Of a stretch of 64,000 nt of DNA, positions 37,868-51,261 are shown one piece after another. Location: assembly GCF_009914755.1 (NCBI RefSeq), contig NC_060935.1. One strand, written 5' to 3'. The DNA comes from the human T2T-CHM13v2.0 reference genome, Homo sapiens. Each line of letters opens with the position of its first letter. The stretch's first letter is position 1. The notes below the pieces were generated by a model, which searched no databases, had not been told where the DNA came from, and saw only the letters and a program-made list of their open reading frames with translations. A program made the position numbers and the translations under genes.

Positions 37868-38935
37868 GTGAGTACACCCCTAATAAGAGAACTAATGTCT
37901 ATATTACACAAAGGGAGACACTGGGGACCCCAGGCCCTGTGTAATGTAATACTAAGGAATTATGGGTGTATAGGGATTTATACTCTTGTTAAACAAGTAT
38001 ATGGAAGTTGTGTAATTTTTCAAAGGATAAACAAAAAGGTGATTAGAAAACAGACCATGAGAGGAAGACCTCCTGGACTAAGACCATTTCAAAGCATTCA
38101 AGTAAATTTCACAGAAATGCCCAAAATAGGAAGACTAAAGTATTTACTGGTAATTATAGATCACCTTTCTGGCTGGGTGGAAAACTTTCCCCTTCCAATA
38201 GCCATGGTGAATTATGGTCAAAATACTTGACCACTGTGAATGTGGTCAAAATAATATTACAGCAGATTGTACCTAGATTTGGCCTGGTGGAAAGCATTGA
38301 TTCAGGCAATGGGAGCCACTTTACCTCAAGGATGTTAAGGGGAATTATGAAAGTTTTACAATTTGGATGGGATTTTCACACTCCTTGGCATCCCCCTTCC
38401 TCTGGAAAAGTAGAAAAAAAATGAATCAAACTCCCAAAAAGCATATCACCAAACTAATCTTAGAAACTGAAATGCTTTGGACCAAATGTCTCCTAGTAGC
38501 ACTCCTTAAGATTAGGACAGCCCCAAGAAAACACTTGGGATTGTCCCCCTATGAGTTACTATATGGACTCCCATATTTGGGCATGGCCACAGATCTTCCT
38601 ACTATGGAAACCAAGGACCAATTCTTAAGATATTGTATACTGGCCATAACCTCCACCCTGTCATCCCTTCGGTTAAAAGGATTTCTGACTCAAACTCTGC
38701 CTCTCGAGTTTGCAGTTCACCACTTCTAGCCTGGCAACTTGGTGGTGATTAAGAGTTGGAAAAAAGACAAGTTCCACCCAAGCTGGGAAGGTCCCTATCA
38801 AGTGCTCCTGACCACTGAGACAGCCATGCAAACAGCTGAAAGTGGGTGGACTCACTCTACTGCAGTCAAGGGACTGGTAAAAGACACCGTGGAAGGGAGG
38901 GGGACAAAAAGTGAAAAGTGCACCAGTCATCTGAG
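37868..38935 (+). pseudogene. pol: Retroviral integrase relic (3' pol only)
   Basis: LHKGRHWG...SCVIFQ (broken HHCC), RPFQSIQVNFTEMP, YLLVIIDHLSGWVE, IDSGNGSHF, HPPSSGKVE, LSPYELLYG, PSWEGPYQVLL; frameshifted. Confidence 0.92.
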
Positions 38936-38977
38936 GAACACTTCAAGCTAACTCTGAGAAAAATCTAAAAAGAAAAC

Positions 38978-40938
38978 ATGAGCTGGCCCCATTTCTGAAA
39001 GTTAATATGGCTGAGATGGGCTACTATACAAAGAGCAGAGGGTCAAAATGGAAACTGATAGGGGACTCCTCCCTGTCCAATCAGGTTGGTAATTAATGTA
39101 ACCAAGACGGCGGCACCCCAAACTATAAGATTAAATGCCTGCCAATTTTTACCTTGTGGGATTTTAGAAAATCAAAGACAGCTCTCGCAGGCAGATAAAT
39201 ATCTTTGCTCTGAACCAGATACAGATTACATTAGGGAATCACCACCCTGCCCCAGCTGGAATAATGTATGGTGGACTACCCAATTTCAGGGTTGGATAGT
39301 AAACATGGGGTTGGTAACTCCAAGCTGGAGACCCTTCAAGAATAAACTACATCTGTCCAAGGGCTCCCTGCCAAATAACTGCCAGAATTTAGAATGCAAT
39401 CCTATACTCATCACCATTGATAATCCAGCCATTCTAAACCAAGAACCAAAAGTAGAGTCTCAAGTATATGGGTGAGGGGCAGACATCACAGGGAAAGACC
39501 CCCTAGGGTGATTTGTCTTCAAACTAATCAAGAACTGAACCTCCCATTTCCTTGGGACTACTCCAACCCCAGACCCTAATAAACACTAAGGTAAAGGATT
39601 TAAGGCAAATTGAGACAGGATATGGGGATGTGAATACCTGGGTCAAATGGGTCAAATTTTTGGTACAAGCCCTCAACAAGAGTAACCACTATGCATGTGC
39701 TGAGAGACGACCTCAGGCACAGGTGGTTCCATTTTCCCTAGGATGAAATACCAATCCTAAAGGAATGCATTGCATGTTGGCTCTATACCAGGACAAGAAT
39801 GCATGGGGGAAATGAGACTTGTAAGAGTCTGTCATTGCTCTTTCCTGCATTGTGGAGGTCAGATCCCAGAGCAATCCCCTCGTTCTCTATAGGGAATATG
39901 AACCACTCCTCTTGCCTCTGTAGGCAGTGGGCAGCGTTCAATAAGCCCATGGGAGAACTCTGGACTTGCACCCACATCCTAAACATCACTGGTGAGTCAG
40001 GCAATGCAATTACTCAGCTCTCCGTATGCCCCGGGCTGATGTCTGGTGGTATTGTGGGAAAAGGAACCTCCATGTCCTGTTACCATCCAATTGGACTGGG
40101 ACTTGTGCTTTAGTCTAATTGGCCATTCCCTTCACCTTGGCATTCCATAAGACACTTGAAAATACACATGACCACCCAAACTGGAAAGATTTAACAAATC
40201 CTTTTAATCACAACATATATGGTGACTGGATAAGAGTTTCTAGGGGGTGCCTAATAAATTTAAGGCCAGAAACCAAATAGCTGCTGAGTTTGAGTCAGCA
40301 CTCTTCTGGTGGTCAACTATTAATAAGAACGTGGATTGGATTAACTACGTCTATTATAATCAGCAGAGATTCATCAGTTATACTTGGGGCATCCTCAAAG
40401 GGGTGGCTAGCCATTTAGTTGCCACCAGCTGAATGGCCTGGGAAAACACGCTTGTGCTAGATATGACACTAGCAGAAAAAAGGGGTGTATGTGTTATGCT
40501 GGGTGGAAAATGTCGTACTTTCATTCCCAACAATACTACCCCAGATGGGACCATCACAAAAGCTCTACAAGGACTGACAATTCTACCCAACAATCTGACA
40601 GAAAATGCTGGAATTGATAACCTATTATGGGTTGGCTAGAAGGTTCATTTGGAAAATGGAAAGGCATGGTAACTTCAATCCTTACATCTCTCATAATTGT
40701 GGCAGGAGTTCTAACAGCAGTGGGATGTGGTATTATCTCATGTGTGAGGTGACTAGCACAGAGATTAATTGAAACAGCTATTAATAAACAAATGCCCATG
40801 ACTTATCAGCAAAATAACCTGCTACTATTAAAAACCAAATTAAACTCACTCTCTTATGAGGAAGAAAGTAAACGACATCTAGCGCAATTCAAGGACCAAA
40901 AGGGTTTAGATGAAAATGAGGCCAAAGGAAGTAAATAG
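38978..40938 (+). pseudogene. env: Retroviral env relic (HERV-IP/P type)
   Basis: PNKFKARNQIAAEFESALFWWSTINKNVDWINYVYYNQQRF; ISU-like MAWENTLVLDMTLAEKRGVCVMLGGKC; multiple stops and frameshifts. Confidence 0.92.
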
Positions 40939-42404
40939 AAAAGAGGAGGGAATTTGTGAGAAAATATTTTAAATGGTCCATTTTCAAGGCATGATAAACC
41001 TAAGCACTGGCAGCCAGCCTGCGGATGTAACAAACCACACAGCTCATGCTTCTAGAAAGTCGTGATAAGTGAACAACAGAATGTAGAGGAGGGATCAGCC
41101 CATGAAAGGGAAGAAAGTTTTGTTATTGGGAAATCGAAACTAAAGCAGGGAAGGGGCCCAGGATATAACCTTATAAGGGGGATAATGAAATTTAGGCAAC
41201 ATTTGGGAAGACTGTAAGCTGTAGTACTCGACCAATAAGGAACTGGGGGAGGGACTTACATGCTAGGAGATAAATTACCTGCTGTAGCGGCCCCGGGTGT
41301 GCCTGCCTACCAGACACCTGATCTTACAAGACTGCTACTAAAAGTCCCACTTTTACTGTTCTTGGTGCCTCTGAGTCCATTCTTTGTGTTTGGAAGGGTG
41401 AGCGTGTTTCTCACATATAGAATCACATCATCTGCAAACAGGGATACTTTGACTTCCTCTCTTCCTATTTGGATGCCTTTTATTTCTCTCTCTTGCCTGA
41501 TTGCTCTGGCCAGGACTTCCAATACCGTGTTGAATAGAAGTGGTGAGAGAGGGCATCCTAGTATTTGCCGGTTTTCAAGGGCAATGCCTCCAGCTTTTGC
41601 CCATTCGGTATGATGTTGACTGTAGGTTTGTCATAGATTACTCTTAATATTTTGAGTTAGAAATATTTTTAAATTATATTTTACTGTTGTTAAACCAATT
41701 GCTGTAGGATCAGTCTTATCTCTCTTACATATTAATCTACAACCTAAATTACCACCCTAAATAGAGCAAAGGAGTATACACTTGTTATTTAGAGAAAGTC
41801 ATGCATCTTGGGGATGTTTACTTTTTAAAAGCCAAAGTTTATTCTGAGTAAAAGAATCAAGGTTAAGTCTAAGGGATAATTGTGCCTAGATAGAGGAATG
41901 ATTCATGACCAGAAGTTCATTAGGATGAATCAAATTATGCCAAAGGTCAGACATTCGAGAAGTAAGAAAAGCAAATGTAAAAATCATTTGAACTTGTAGC
42001 CTAAGCTATCAACCTGACAGAAACAATTGTGTTATTTTGAGCAAGACATCCTAGCATTTGGTTTACTTCATCTGTAAATTGGGGCAATCTGCCTCACCAT
42101 GCCTAATCCACAGAGTTTTGTAAACTCTGAAGGTTGTGCTGTTCTCCTATACTATCTTACCAGGAGGAATTGTATACTCTAGGAAATCTGAAAGCACTCT
42201 CCCTGGTGGCTTATAAAGTGCCTAGAAAATACTGTGTGCTCAATAAATGTCTGTTAAATTAGAAGAGAGAGAGAGAGAGAATTTTAAATGTGTACCTTTC
42301 CTAATACAGGGATATCTATATATATCTACATATATATATTTTGGAGAGAGAATTATAAGTAGCTAAATTAAGTAGAGTACATTTCAAGGAAGAGGAGAAT
42401 GGAT

Positions 42405-42630
42405 CTTCTATGTAATAGCTACCCACATTGTTGCAGCTTCTATGTTAATAGCTTTCGATATATTGTTTCATTAGAGCCTCTATTTCTGAAAGGAGTTATC
42501 AACATTTTACCGATGAGGCAACTGAGGCTCAGAGAAATGAAAAGAACTTTTTCAAAACTAATAAGCAGTAGAACCAGGATTGAAAACTGAATTTACTGTT
42601 TCCAAATTCTATTTTTCTATACCATTTTAG
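42405..42630 (-). mobile_element. MIR SINE
   Basis: 'cattttaccgatgaggcaactgaggctcagagaaatgaa...gtagaaccaggattgaaa'. Confidence 0.75.
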
Positions 42631-44046
42631 TTATTGATAGAGGTAGGATTCCCAGGAAAGGATGAATATTTTCCATAGCTTCCTTTTAAAATGTCTATAG
42701 CTACTTACTTTTCCAAAACGCAGGTAAACCTCATAATAGCTCTTTAGAGATAATGGACGTTTTCATGATTTCCCACTAGAATGGTGAATCACACTGTTTG
42801 GTCAAAAATCAAAGGATAAATTAGGTTCCTTGCTGCAGCACATTTCCTTGATGCATATGTAATATCAATCAAAATCTTTCTTGATGACTCAGTGGGAAAG
42901 AACAGCAGGAACATCTTCAACACTCAGCAGGAAGTTTGGTCTGTAGCCTGTTCCAAGCATTTTTTTTTTTTTTTTTCAGAAGAAAGAAGTTTGCAGGAGG
43001 GCACAAGATTAGTGTTGATACTAACCAAACTCTAGCTAGGCTGAGATCAAACTTCCCTAACTTATTTGGATGTGTTGCATTCCCAGATTACCAATACAAA
43101 TTCAGTTAAATCCATTCCAAAACATACATGTTCAATATTTATGTGCTGCATAAGCATCATTTTCATTGTGAAGAAATTTCTTCCCATAAAAGAGGATAGC
43201 AAAAGGAAAAAGATGACATTAAAACTCCTTTCCCCCTCTAATGGCACACAGAAATTAGTTCCAATGTTAAATGTGTCAAAGTGCTCAGTGATCCAGGTGA
43301 AGTATAGCTCAATTCTTTCCTCTTGGGGTCTCTGACCTCAGTGGATTGCTGTGAGAAGATTTGCAAGACTATCTGTTGGTGAATCCTGCATCTAGTTTCA
43401 GCCCTGATATTCCTTCACTGTGAGCCCTTGGGAGTTCTCCTACAATAATAATTTAAAACAACCATCAGGTTCTGCATGTTTATATAGATGCTGCTCATTC
43501 TTCAAGATTCGATTTAATGTTACACTCTTTAGGAACATACATTCTATGAGAAGAACTTTCTTATCTATTTTCAAATTGCCCAGGGCCTGTTTATCACAGG
43601 ACCTGATTTATACCAGGTATTTTGTATGTATTTGTTAAATACATAAATGTGAAGCAATTCCTAGTTTCTCAGGGTGACAACTCCTCTGTGGCCCTCACTT
43701 TATTTTATATCTACCTCTGCCACAGCACTGAGAGTATTGAACAACTTATATTTACTTAGGTATTTGAACTCCCATTAGACTGCAAAATGTTAGTTATCTT
43801 TTACCACCACTGCCTAGAACTCTATATGACTTTAAATATATTCTTGTGCATTGCATTATTTTGTGATAATTAAAGCAAGTACTTCTATTTCTGAAAGTCT
43901 TTGCTTTTACTAGAACCCATTCTGATTTTATTCTTCTTCAAACTTATCTTGCTTTTACTCAGTAGTAGCTTGTAACAAATATGTATTGAATTCCTACTAT
44001 GATAAACATGATAGCAAACACTCACATGGAGCTTATGTGCCAAATG

Positions 44047-44111
44047 ATGTATGTATGTATGTATCTATCTATCTATCTAATCTATCTATCTATCATATAT
44101 CATCTATCTAT
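44047..44111. repeat. (TATG)n/(TATC)n microsatellite
   Basis: Seen directly. Confidence 0.9.
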
Positions 44112-44617
44112 GTTAATTTGATGTATTGATTTGACTGGGCCTCGGCTAAGGGAATCCTAGACAGAAGATAAAATATTATTTCTGGGTGTGTCTCTGAGGG
44201 TGTCTCCAAAACAGATTAGCATTTGAATCAGCAGACTGAGTAAAGAATATCACCCTCACCAATGTGAGTGGGTGTCATCCAATTTTTTGAGGGCCTGAGT
44301 AAAACAAAAAGGGACTACGGGTAATAGCAAATTCTTTCTTTTGAGGTGAAACATCCATTTTCTGTTGATCTCAGAAATCTCTGCATTCTGGTCCTCCCAT
44401 CTTTGGACTCAGACAGAGATGTACCCCATCAGCTGTTTTGGTTCTCAAGCATTTAGACTAAGGCTAAATTACCCCACAATGTTCCCTGGTTCTCCAGCTT
44501 GTAAATAGCATGTAGTGGGATTTTTTAACTGTAGAATTGCATGAGCCAATTTTTATAAATATCTATCTATGTATCTATCTATCTCCTGTTTGTGTTTATC
44601 TAGAGAACCCTAATACA
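44111..44617 (+). mobile_element. MLT2B/C-type ERVL solo LTR inserted in an antisense MIR
   Basis: 'ttatttctgggtgtgtctctgagggtg...gattagcatttgaatcagcagactgagtaaaga...tagagaaccctaataca'; MIR resumes ~44660-44830. Confidence 0.85.
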
Positions 44618-44831
44618 CATCAAGTATAATCTATCGGTGTGTGTGTGTGTGTGTGTGTATTTAATATCTCAGTATCTGTGGGTAACTATTATTACTATTC
44701 CCATCTTCTAAATGTAAAAAATGAGGAACACAGAGATTAAGGAACTCACCTGAAATCACACACAGTAAATTGGCAGAAACAAGATTATGAACTAGATAAT
44801 CTATTTCCAAAGCCTATGTTCTTAGTCATTA

Positions 44832-45203
<372 letters not shown>

Positions 45204-45929
45204 ATAGAAATAAAAAAAAATTATACTATTGTTATTACTATCCCCATTTAACCAATAAGAAATAGAAATGCAAAGGCATTAGGTAACCCACCCTCAAATC
45301 TCACATCTAGTAATTTTCTAGGGTTAGAATTTGTGTTCTTTTAACATGTTTTAATTTCATGTCTAATACTCTATGTTATAGATTTTAGGTATTTTCTATT
45401 TCATACCTTTTCATCTGTTTCTTCCAACTAGATTTTAAATGTCTTATAGAAAATTATATATATAATATTGGTATATCTTTCTCAACATCAATAATAATTA
45501 CTGGCATATAAAATTAACAATAAGTGTTGCCCTATTAAATGGGGCTTGCAGAAGTAATTATGTCCCTATGCATGTCAAAAAACTGGAATATGAGGAAGGT
45601 ACAAAGATGAAGATATGGACTATGCCAATGGAATTTTAAGTAAGATGTAACTAAAGATTTTGTTTTGAAAATTTATGACTTTGGGTTACTATTCACACAC
45701 CATAAAATTGAGAATTAATTTGGTCTTGTGGGTAAAACACAAGAAAGTCAAGAATTGTGGGCTCTGCTTTAAATATAATTACTATGTGACTTTCTTCACA
45801 TAACTTCTTAGTCTATGAAATGGGGATAATTTAAATGTTGTCAAAAAGAAGGAGCAAATTTTCCACTGAGTAGTCCGTATGAAAAAGCATTAGACAAATA
45901 TCTATTACTCATAAGAAGCTTAAGCCATC

Positions 45930-46085
45930 TAGCTCTTTGCTACTCAGTGTGTCCAGAAACCAGCAGCATTAGCATTATTTTGGAGCTTGTTAAAAATGCA
46001 GAATCCCAAGCCTTATCCCCCCACCTATGGGATAAGAATCTATAATTTGAAGAAAATCCACAGGTGATACACATACACATAACTG
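45930..46085. mobile_element. MER5A (hAT-Charlie)
   Basis: 'ccagcagcattagcattattttggagcttgttaaaaatgcagaatcccaagcc...aatccacaggtgat'. Confidence 0.8.
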
Positions 46086-46268
46086 ATATGCAAGATTACT
46101 TATACCTCAGTTTCAATATATACCCCTTGACTTTGCTAACTTTCCAAACTCTACAACCCTCCATCAATTTGTTTCATCTTTGTTTTGTTCCTAAGCATAG
46201 GTTTGGTCTTATCAACCATTTTGTTATTGTTGTAAGAATACCCCACGAGATATCCTTGAGGCCAGTAG

Positions 46269-47694
46269 TGAGAGGTGACAGCCTGCTGGCAGCCCTCGCT
46301 CTCTCTGGGTGTCTCCTTGCCCTCCGCGCCCAATCTGGCCGCGCTTGAGGAGCCCTTCAGCCCGCCGCTGAACCGTGGGAGCCCTTCTCTGAGCTGGCCA
46401 AGGCCGCAGCCGGCTCCCTTGGCTTGCGGGGAGTTGCGGAGGGAGAGGCAGGGGCGGGAACCACGGCTGCACGCAGCGCTTGCGGGACAGCTAGAGTTCC
46501 GGGTGGGCGTGGGCTTGGCGGCCCCGCACTCCGAGCGACCGGCCGGCCCTGCCGGCCCAGGCAGTGAGGGGCTTAGCACCCAGGCAGTGAGGGGCTTAGC
46601 ACCCAGGCCAGCAGCTGCGGAGGGTGCGCCAAGTCCCCCAGCAGTACTGGCACACAGGCGCTGCACTCGATTTCTCGCCGGGCCTTAGCTGCCTCCCTGC
46701 AGGGCAGGGCTCCGGACCTGCAGCCCGCCATGCCTGAATCTCTCACCCCACCCCCGCCTCCTGCGCGGCCTGAGCCTCCCTGACAAGCGCCACCCGTGCT
46801 GCAAGGCGCCTGGTCCCATCAACCGCCCAAGGGCTGAGGAGTATGGGTGCACGTCGTGGGACTGGCAGGCAGCTCCACCTGCGGCCCAGGTGCCAGATCC
46901 ACTGGGTGAAGCCAGATGAGCTCCTGAGTCTAGTGGGGACTTGGAGAACCTTTATGTCTAGCTAAGGGATTGTGAATATACCAATCAGCACTCTGTATCT
47001 AGCTCAAGGTTTGTAAACACACCAATCAGCACCCTGCATCTAGCTCAGGGTTTGTGGATGCACCAATGGACACTGTGTATCTAGCTAATCTGGTGGGGAC
47101 TTGGAGAATCTTTATGTCTAGCTAAGGGATTGTGAATACACCAATCAGCACTCTGTGTCTAGCTCAGGATTTGTAAATGCACCAATCAGCACTCTGTATC
47201 TAGCTAATCTAGTGGGGAGGTGGAGAACTTTTGTGTCTAGCTCAGGGATTGTAAACACACCAATCAGCACTCTGTCAAAACGGACCAATCAATCAGCTCT
47301 CTGTAAAATGGACCAATCAGCAGGATGTGGGTGGGGCCTGATAACAGAATAAAAGCAGGCTGCCCAAGCCAGCAGTGGTAACTCGCTTGAGTCCTCTTCC
47401 CTAGTGTGGAAGGTTTTTTTTTTTTTTTGCAATAAATCTTGCTGCTGCTCACTGTTTGCGTCCACACTGCCTTTAAGAGGTGTAACACTCACTGGGAAGG
47501 TCTACAGCTTCACTCCTGAAACCAGCGAGACCACGAACCAACCAGAAGGAAGAAACTCTGAACACATCCGAACATCAGAAGGAGCAAACTCGGGACACGC
47601 TGCCTTTAAGAACTGTAACACTCACTGGGAGGGTCTGCGGTGCGGCTTCATTCTTGAAGTCGGTGAGACCAAGAACCCACCAATTCCGGACACA
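46269..47694 (+). mobile_element. LTR12C-type (ERV9) solo LTR
   Basis: tgagaggtgacagcctgctggcagccctc...caattccggacaca; perfect 4-bp TSD gtag; CpG-rich 5' part; tandem CCAAT-containing repeats. Confidence 0.96.
46930..47360 (+). promoter_or_regulatory. LTR12 U3 enhancer/promoter: CCAAT (NF-Y) array and AATAAAA TATA-equivalent
   Basis: CCAAT at 46981, 47022, 47063, 47141, 47182, 47260, 47285 and 47313; aataaaa at ~47348. Confidence 0.75.
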
Positions 47695-48874
47695 GTAGTA
47701 TGTAGTGTTCTTATTTCATATTTTCCCTATTGAGATTCACGTGTCTAGTAAAGTTTTTAAAAATTAATTTGGGGTTAAAGTTATTAATTTACTATGCAGT
47801 ATTGGGCATTACAGTTTGTTTTGAACTCAATTTGGAAATTCAATGGAGAAAGTGAACTAGAATTTCTGAGGTCCCTTTTGGTTTCTGATTATGTGGTTAT
47901 CATATTTTCTATTACAAAGCCAAGCCACAAGATCAGACACAGATGAATACGATAGCCCCCTGAAAATCAGAATCTTTGTGGAATATCCAGGCAGAGCACA
48001 GGATGTCACAACTTACAGAGGTGGTAGAAAATTAACATATGTGTCAGGCCACTCTGAAACTTGACAGTGACTTACTTCTAATAGGAATCCCCAACTGGTA
48101 AAGCAGTAATATAAGTAGGGGTACAGATTATCATGAAGTATTTTATTAAAATTATGCCCTTGCCTTTGCATCTATTTTTTATTCTATTTTATTCTACTAA
48201 AACAAGCCAATTTACTGTTTACATAAAAACATGGATTTGAAGAATCTTTAGAAACATTGAAATTTTGATGATCCCACCACATTTATAAAAAGCTTGACTA
48301 CACGTCTACCAAAAGCCACACAAAGGCTCTGTATAATAGAAAATGTCCAATATAAAACACAACCCCTATTATATATTACTTATTTAATTTACCCCATCAC
48401 AAGCATAATTTGTGTTCCTCCATAGCAAATAATTGTGTCAAACTACATCTTCTAAAATCAATCTCGTTATTGCTACCTCTCAAAATCTACCCTTACCACA
48501 AAATAATAACAGAACAAAACCCAAAATACACTGTGCATTTCTTTTATTTCTTAGATAATAACTTCATGATATATCTAGAGGTGTAAGCCAGAAGGATAAA
48601 AGTTTACAGTGGTGAGAACTGGGTAAGTCCTGGCATCTATCAGAGAAGAAAGCCATAGGTGCGAAACTATGCACAAGCCTTCATGAGTTGGAGTTGCTTG
48701 GGCTGCACAATCTAAACCTTTGTCTCTGCTTAGCTAACTTAATCCTTTTGATAACAGCAATGCAAGTTGCCATGTCTACCTGACTCCAAAACATGTTATG
48801 TTTCTACTGTGCTAAACTGTACTTTCTGTAAATAAAACAGCCTTGAAATAATCTTTAAACAGGTCAATCTTCAT

Positions 48875-51224
48875 CAGTAGTCTGAGGTCGGGTTCTCTAG
48901 GAAATAGACTTTGAGGCTCTAAGATTTTTATTCTAGAGGATTATTGGAAAGTACTCTTAACAATAATTATTTGTGAAGGGGTGGAGTAGAGCAGTACGGA
49001 ACAGAGGAACTTAAACAGGTATGCAATCGCAATAGAGGGATCAGTAGATCCTACAGGAGCTGGGGAACTGGCTTAGCCCTTCAGATTAAACATGAATCAA
49101 AGCAAGCATCCCAATATGGGATGTATGTATATCCCACATTGACTGGTAATTAGATGCAGGTTGCCCCCAGGAAAGAGTCATAAATTTGAGCAAGGCATCT
49201 CACCTCAACAGAAATAAATTCCTAGACTGCCACCATCAGCCAGCAACAAACTGGGAAAAATGAGAAGGGCATGTCTTAGTCTTAAAGGGGGGTATAGGTG
49301 GTGGACCACAGTGTCCACTACAGTCTACTTGTTTTCCTGCTTTGGCCCACTTTCTCTATATAGAAAATTTGTCCATCTGGAAATAGTTTCTCCAAGGTTG
49401 TTGGTTTCATTCCTTGGGTTCTACCTTGGAGTTCTTTTTTTTTTTTCTTTCTTTTCCAATTCTTATTCCTGAATAACCAGTAAAGTCACTTCTCACTGCT
49501 TAAGATTCAATGCATATTCTTATCCTGGACTACTGGTCTTTTCAAACACTGTGAATGGCTGGGTATAACACTAGAAGCTCTTACTTAGGGACACTGATTG
49601 CTATGTTTTAGGGACACTCTTGACTGAGGCTGTAGTGCAGCAGCAGTCCATTTGTGTTTTTGAACTCACATTCTGAGATGCCTTATCCGTGAAAAAGCTT
49701 GGACTTTTTCTTCCTCTGTGACTGATCATAAGACAAAACTCCCCATCCACTGTGCAACCAGAGGTGTAACCTGAGATAAATATACCCACTTGCTATTGAT
49801 TACTAAGGGTCATTACCTGGCTTCTATTATTTGGGGATTCTATTATTTCCATTACTATGAGGAAATTCATGTCTGTGATAGAATTTCCCACTATTAGTCT
49901 TGGCTTGCAGAGGAAAGCCACCAATGAGTTTCTCAATAATGCACATTCCGTTTTACCTAAGACATTCTTTATTGCTTTGGTAAAAGTATTGTCTTTTAAA
50001 CTTGCCTTTGTTGTCTTCTGGCCATTTGTACTCTTTTCACTCTTGGATGTCCATGGCTCCGAGCCATTGATCTGTTTTTTTTTTTTTTAATTGCATCATC
50101 TTCTGTGCTAGTTACGACATTCTTACTGTACATAGCTTTTCTCTAAGTCTCCAAGACTATTCGTAGCTTCATAGACCTATGACTAGCTTCAAATGCCCTT
50201 ATCAGGTTGTTAAATCTTATATCATGGAAAGGTGTTCTATATCCATAAATATAAACATTGAGAAATAAGCTTTTCCTTAGCTCAATTAACCTTTCCTCCT
50301 CTCCCTTTGCATGGCATTCTCAGAACTAAGAATCCATACTGTCTACTGGTTCCTGCTAGTACATGTTGGCTAGACCTTTTGGCTACTTAGGTGTATGATA
50401 ACTTTTCTCCTATAGATACAGCACCTTTCTAGTAAGATTACATTATAATTCAATCCTAGGTATTGGTCTAGCAGCCAGGAAGGGAGGTAGGAATAGATCC
50501 TGAAGTGGATGCTTCTTGTCTTGCAAGGTAATAATCTCTGCATCATCTTTAACCAGTGAGAGAGCATTAGCCTTTAACCAGAGGAGTGGGCTACTTCTGC
50601 AGGCCCAGAAATTTTAGTGCAATGTGGGATTTCAAAGTTTGTAAGCGCATTATCCCAGATCCTTTCATTGCAAGTGTCAGAATCTCACTTCTTTCTACTC
50701 AAGATCCTAATCTCGGCAAAGCTGACTTGTGGGGGTTTGAGAATTTAATCATTTTTTGGGCTCCCATGACCTATATAATTAAGTCCTTCACCTAATCCTC
50801 AATATTTTCTGCCCTTGAGATGCAGGAGATGGGACTGTTTTTATATGCTGTCAAGCAGGCCCTTTGTGGCTTTCACAGTTTGCCTTTAATTGGTGATTAA
50901 AAATTTCTAGTCTTTCATTATCTTTTCCAATTCATCAATAGCACCCAGCAAGAGCTATTCAACTGCATAGACCTTATATTTGTTATTCCTTCAAACTTCC
51001 TAAATACCTGACACAGTATACTAGCCAGTGCATTATCTTCCATGGTATCCCATTCCAGATCACCAAAAAGTTTTAGCAGTGACAGGGGTTATAAGAACTC
51101 CGTTTATCATTTCACCACCAACTGAAGAGTGACCAACTCTAAAACTCTATTTTAATATATGATTTCTAGGACTATTTCAAAAACCAATTATCCTAAATTT
51201 TCTTTCCAAGGATACAAATTATTA

Positions 51225-51261
<37 letters not shown>

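Larger units (their letters stand above)
35609..41415 (+). mobile_element. ERV1 provirus of the HERV-IP group (probably HERVP71A/LTR71), two LTRs 35609-36067 and 40955-41415, internally deleted
   Basis: LTRs tgtgagaaaatattttaaatgg...tctcaca; 4-bp TSD tata; PBS tggagtcccatccgggat (36072-36089, 14/18 to tRNA-Pro); PPT aagaggagggaa (40941-40952); gag-IN-env relics. The exact family name is less certain than the structure. Confidence 0.93.
33472..41660 (-). mobile_element. L1PA15/16-type LINE-1 (pieces 33472-33969, 34516-35608, 41416-41660) split by MSTA and an ERV
   Basis: T-tail and 3' UTR; minus-strand ORF2 peptides [19 protein letters not shown] and [35 protein letters not shown]; L1 reads continuously across the ERV ('ttctagatata|gaatcacatcatctgc'). 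Confidence 0.93.

Noticed and set aside
38978-40938. Domesticated syncytin-like env
   Set aside because: Early stop codons, several frameshifts, no recognisable furin site and an incomplete CX6CC motif; not an intact ORF.
46151-46688. 171-aa and 137-aa overlapping ORFs
   Set aside because: They lie in the GC-rich part of LTR12C, where stop codons are rare by composition.
46930-47330. CRISPR-like or novel repeat array
   Set aside because: These are the normal U3 tandem enhancer repeats of LTR12, with no unique spacers, in a mammalian context.
49112-49140. Small hairpin aatatgggat...atcccacatt
   Set aside because: Only a 10-bp imperfect stem inside an old LTR; expected by chance at this window size.
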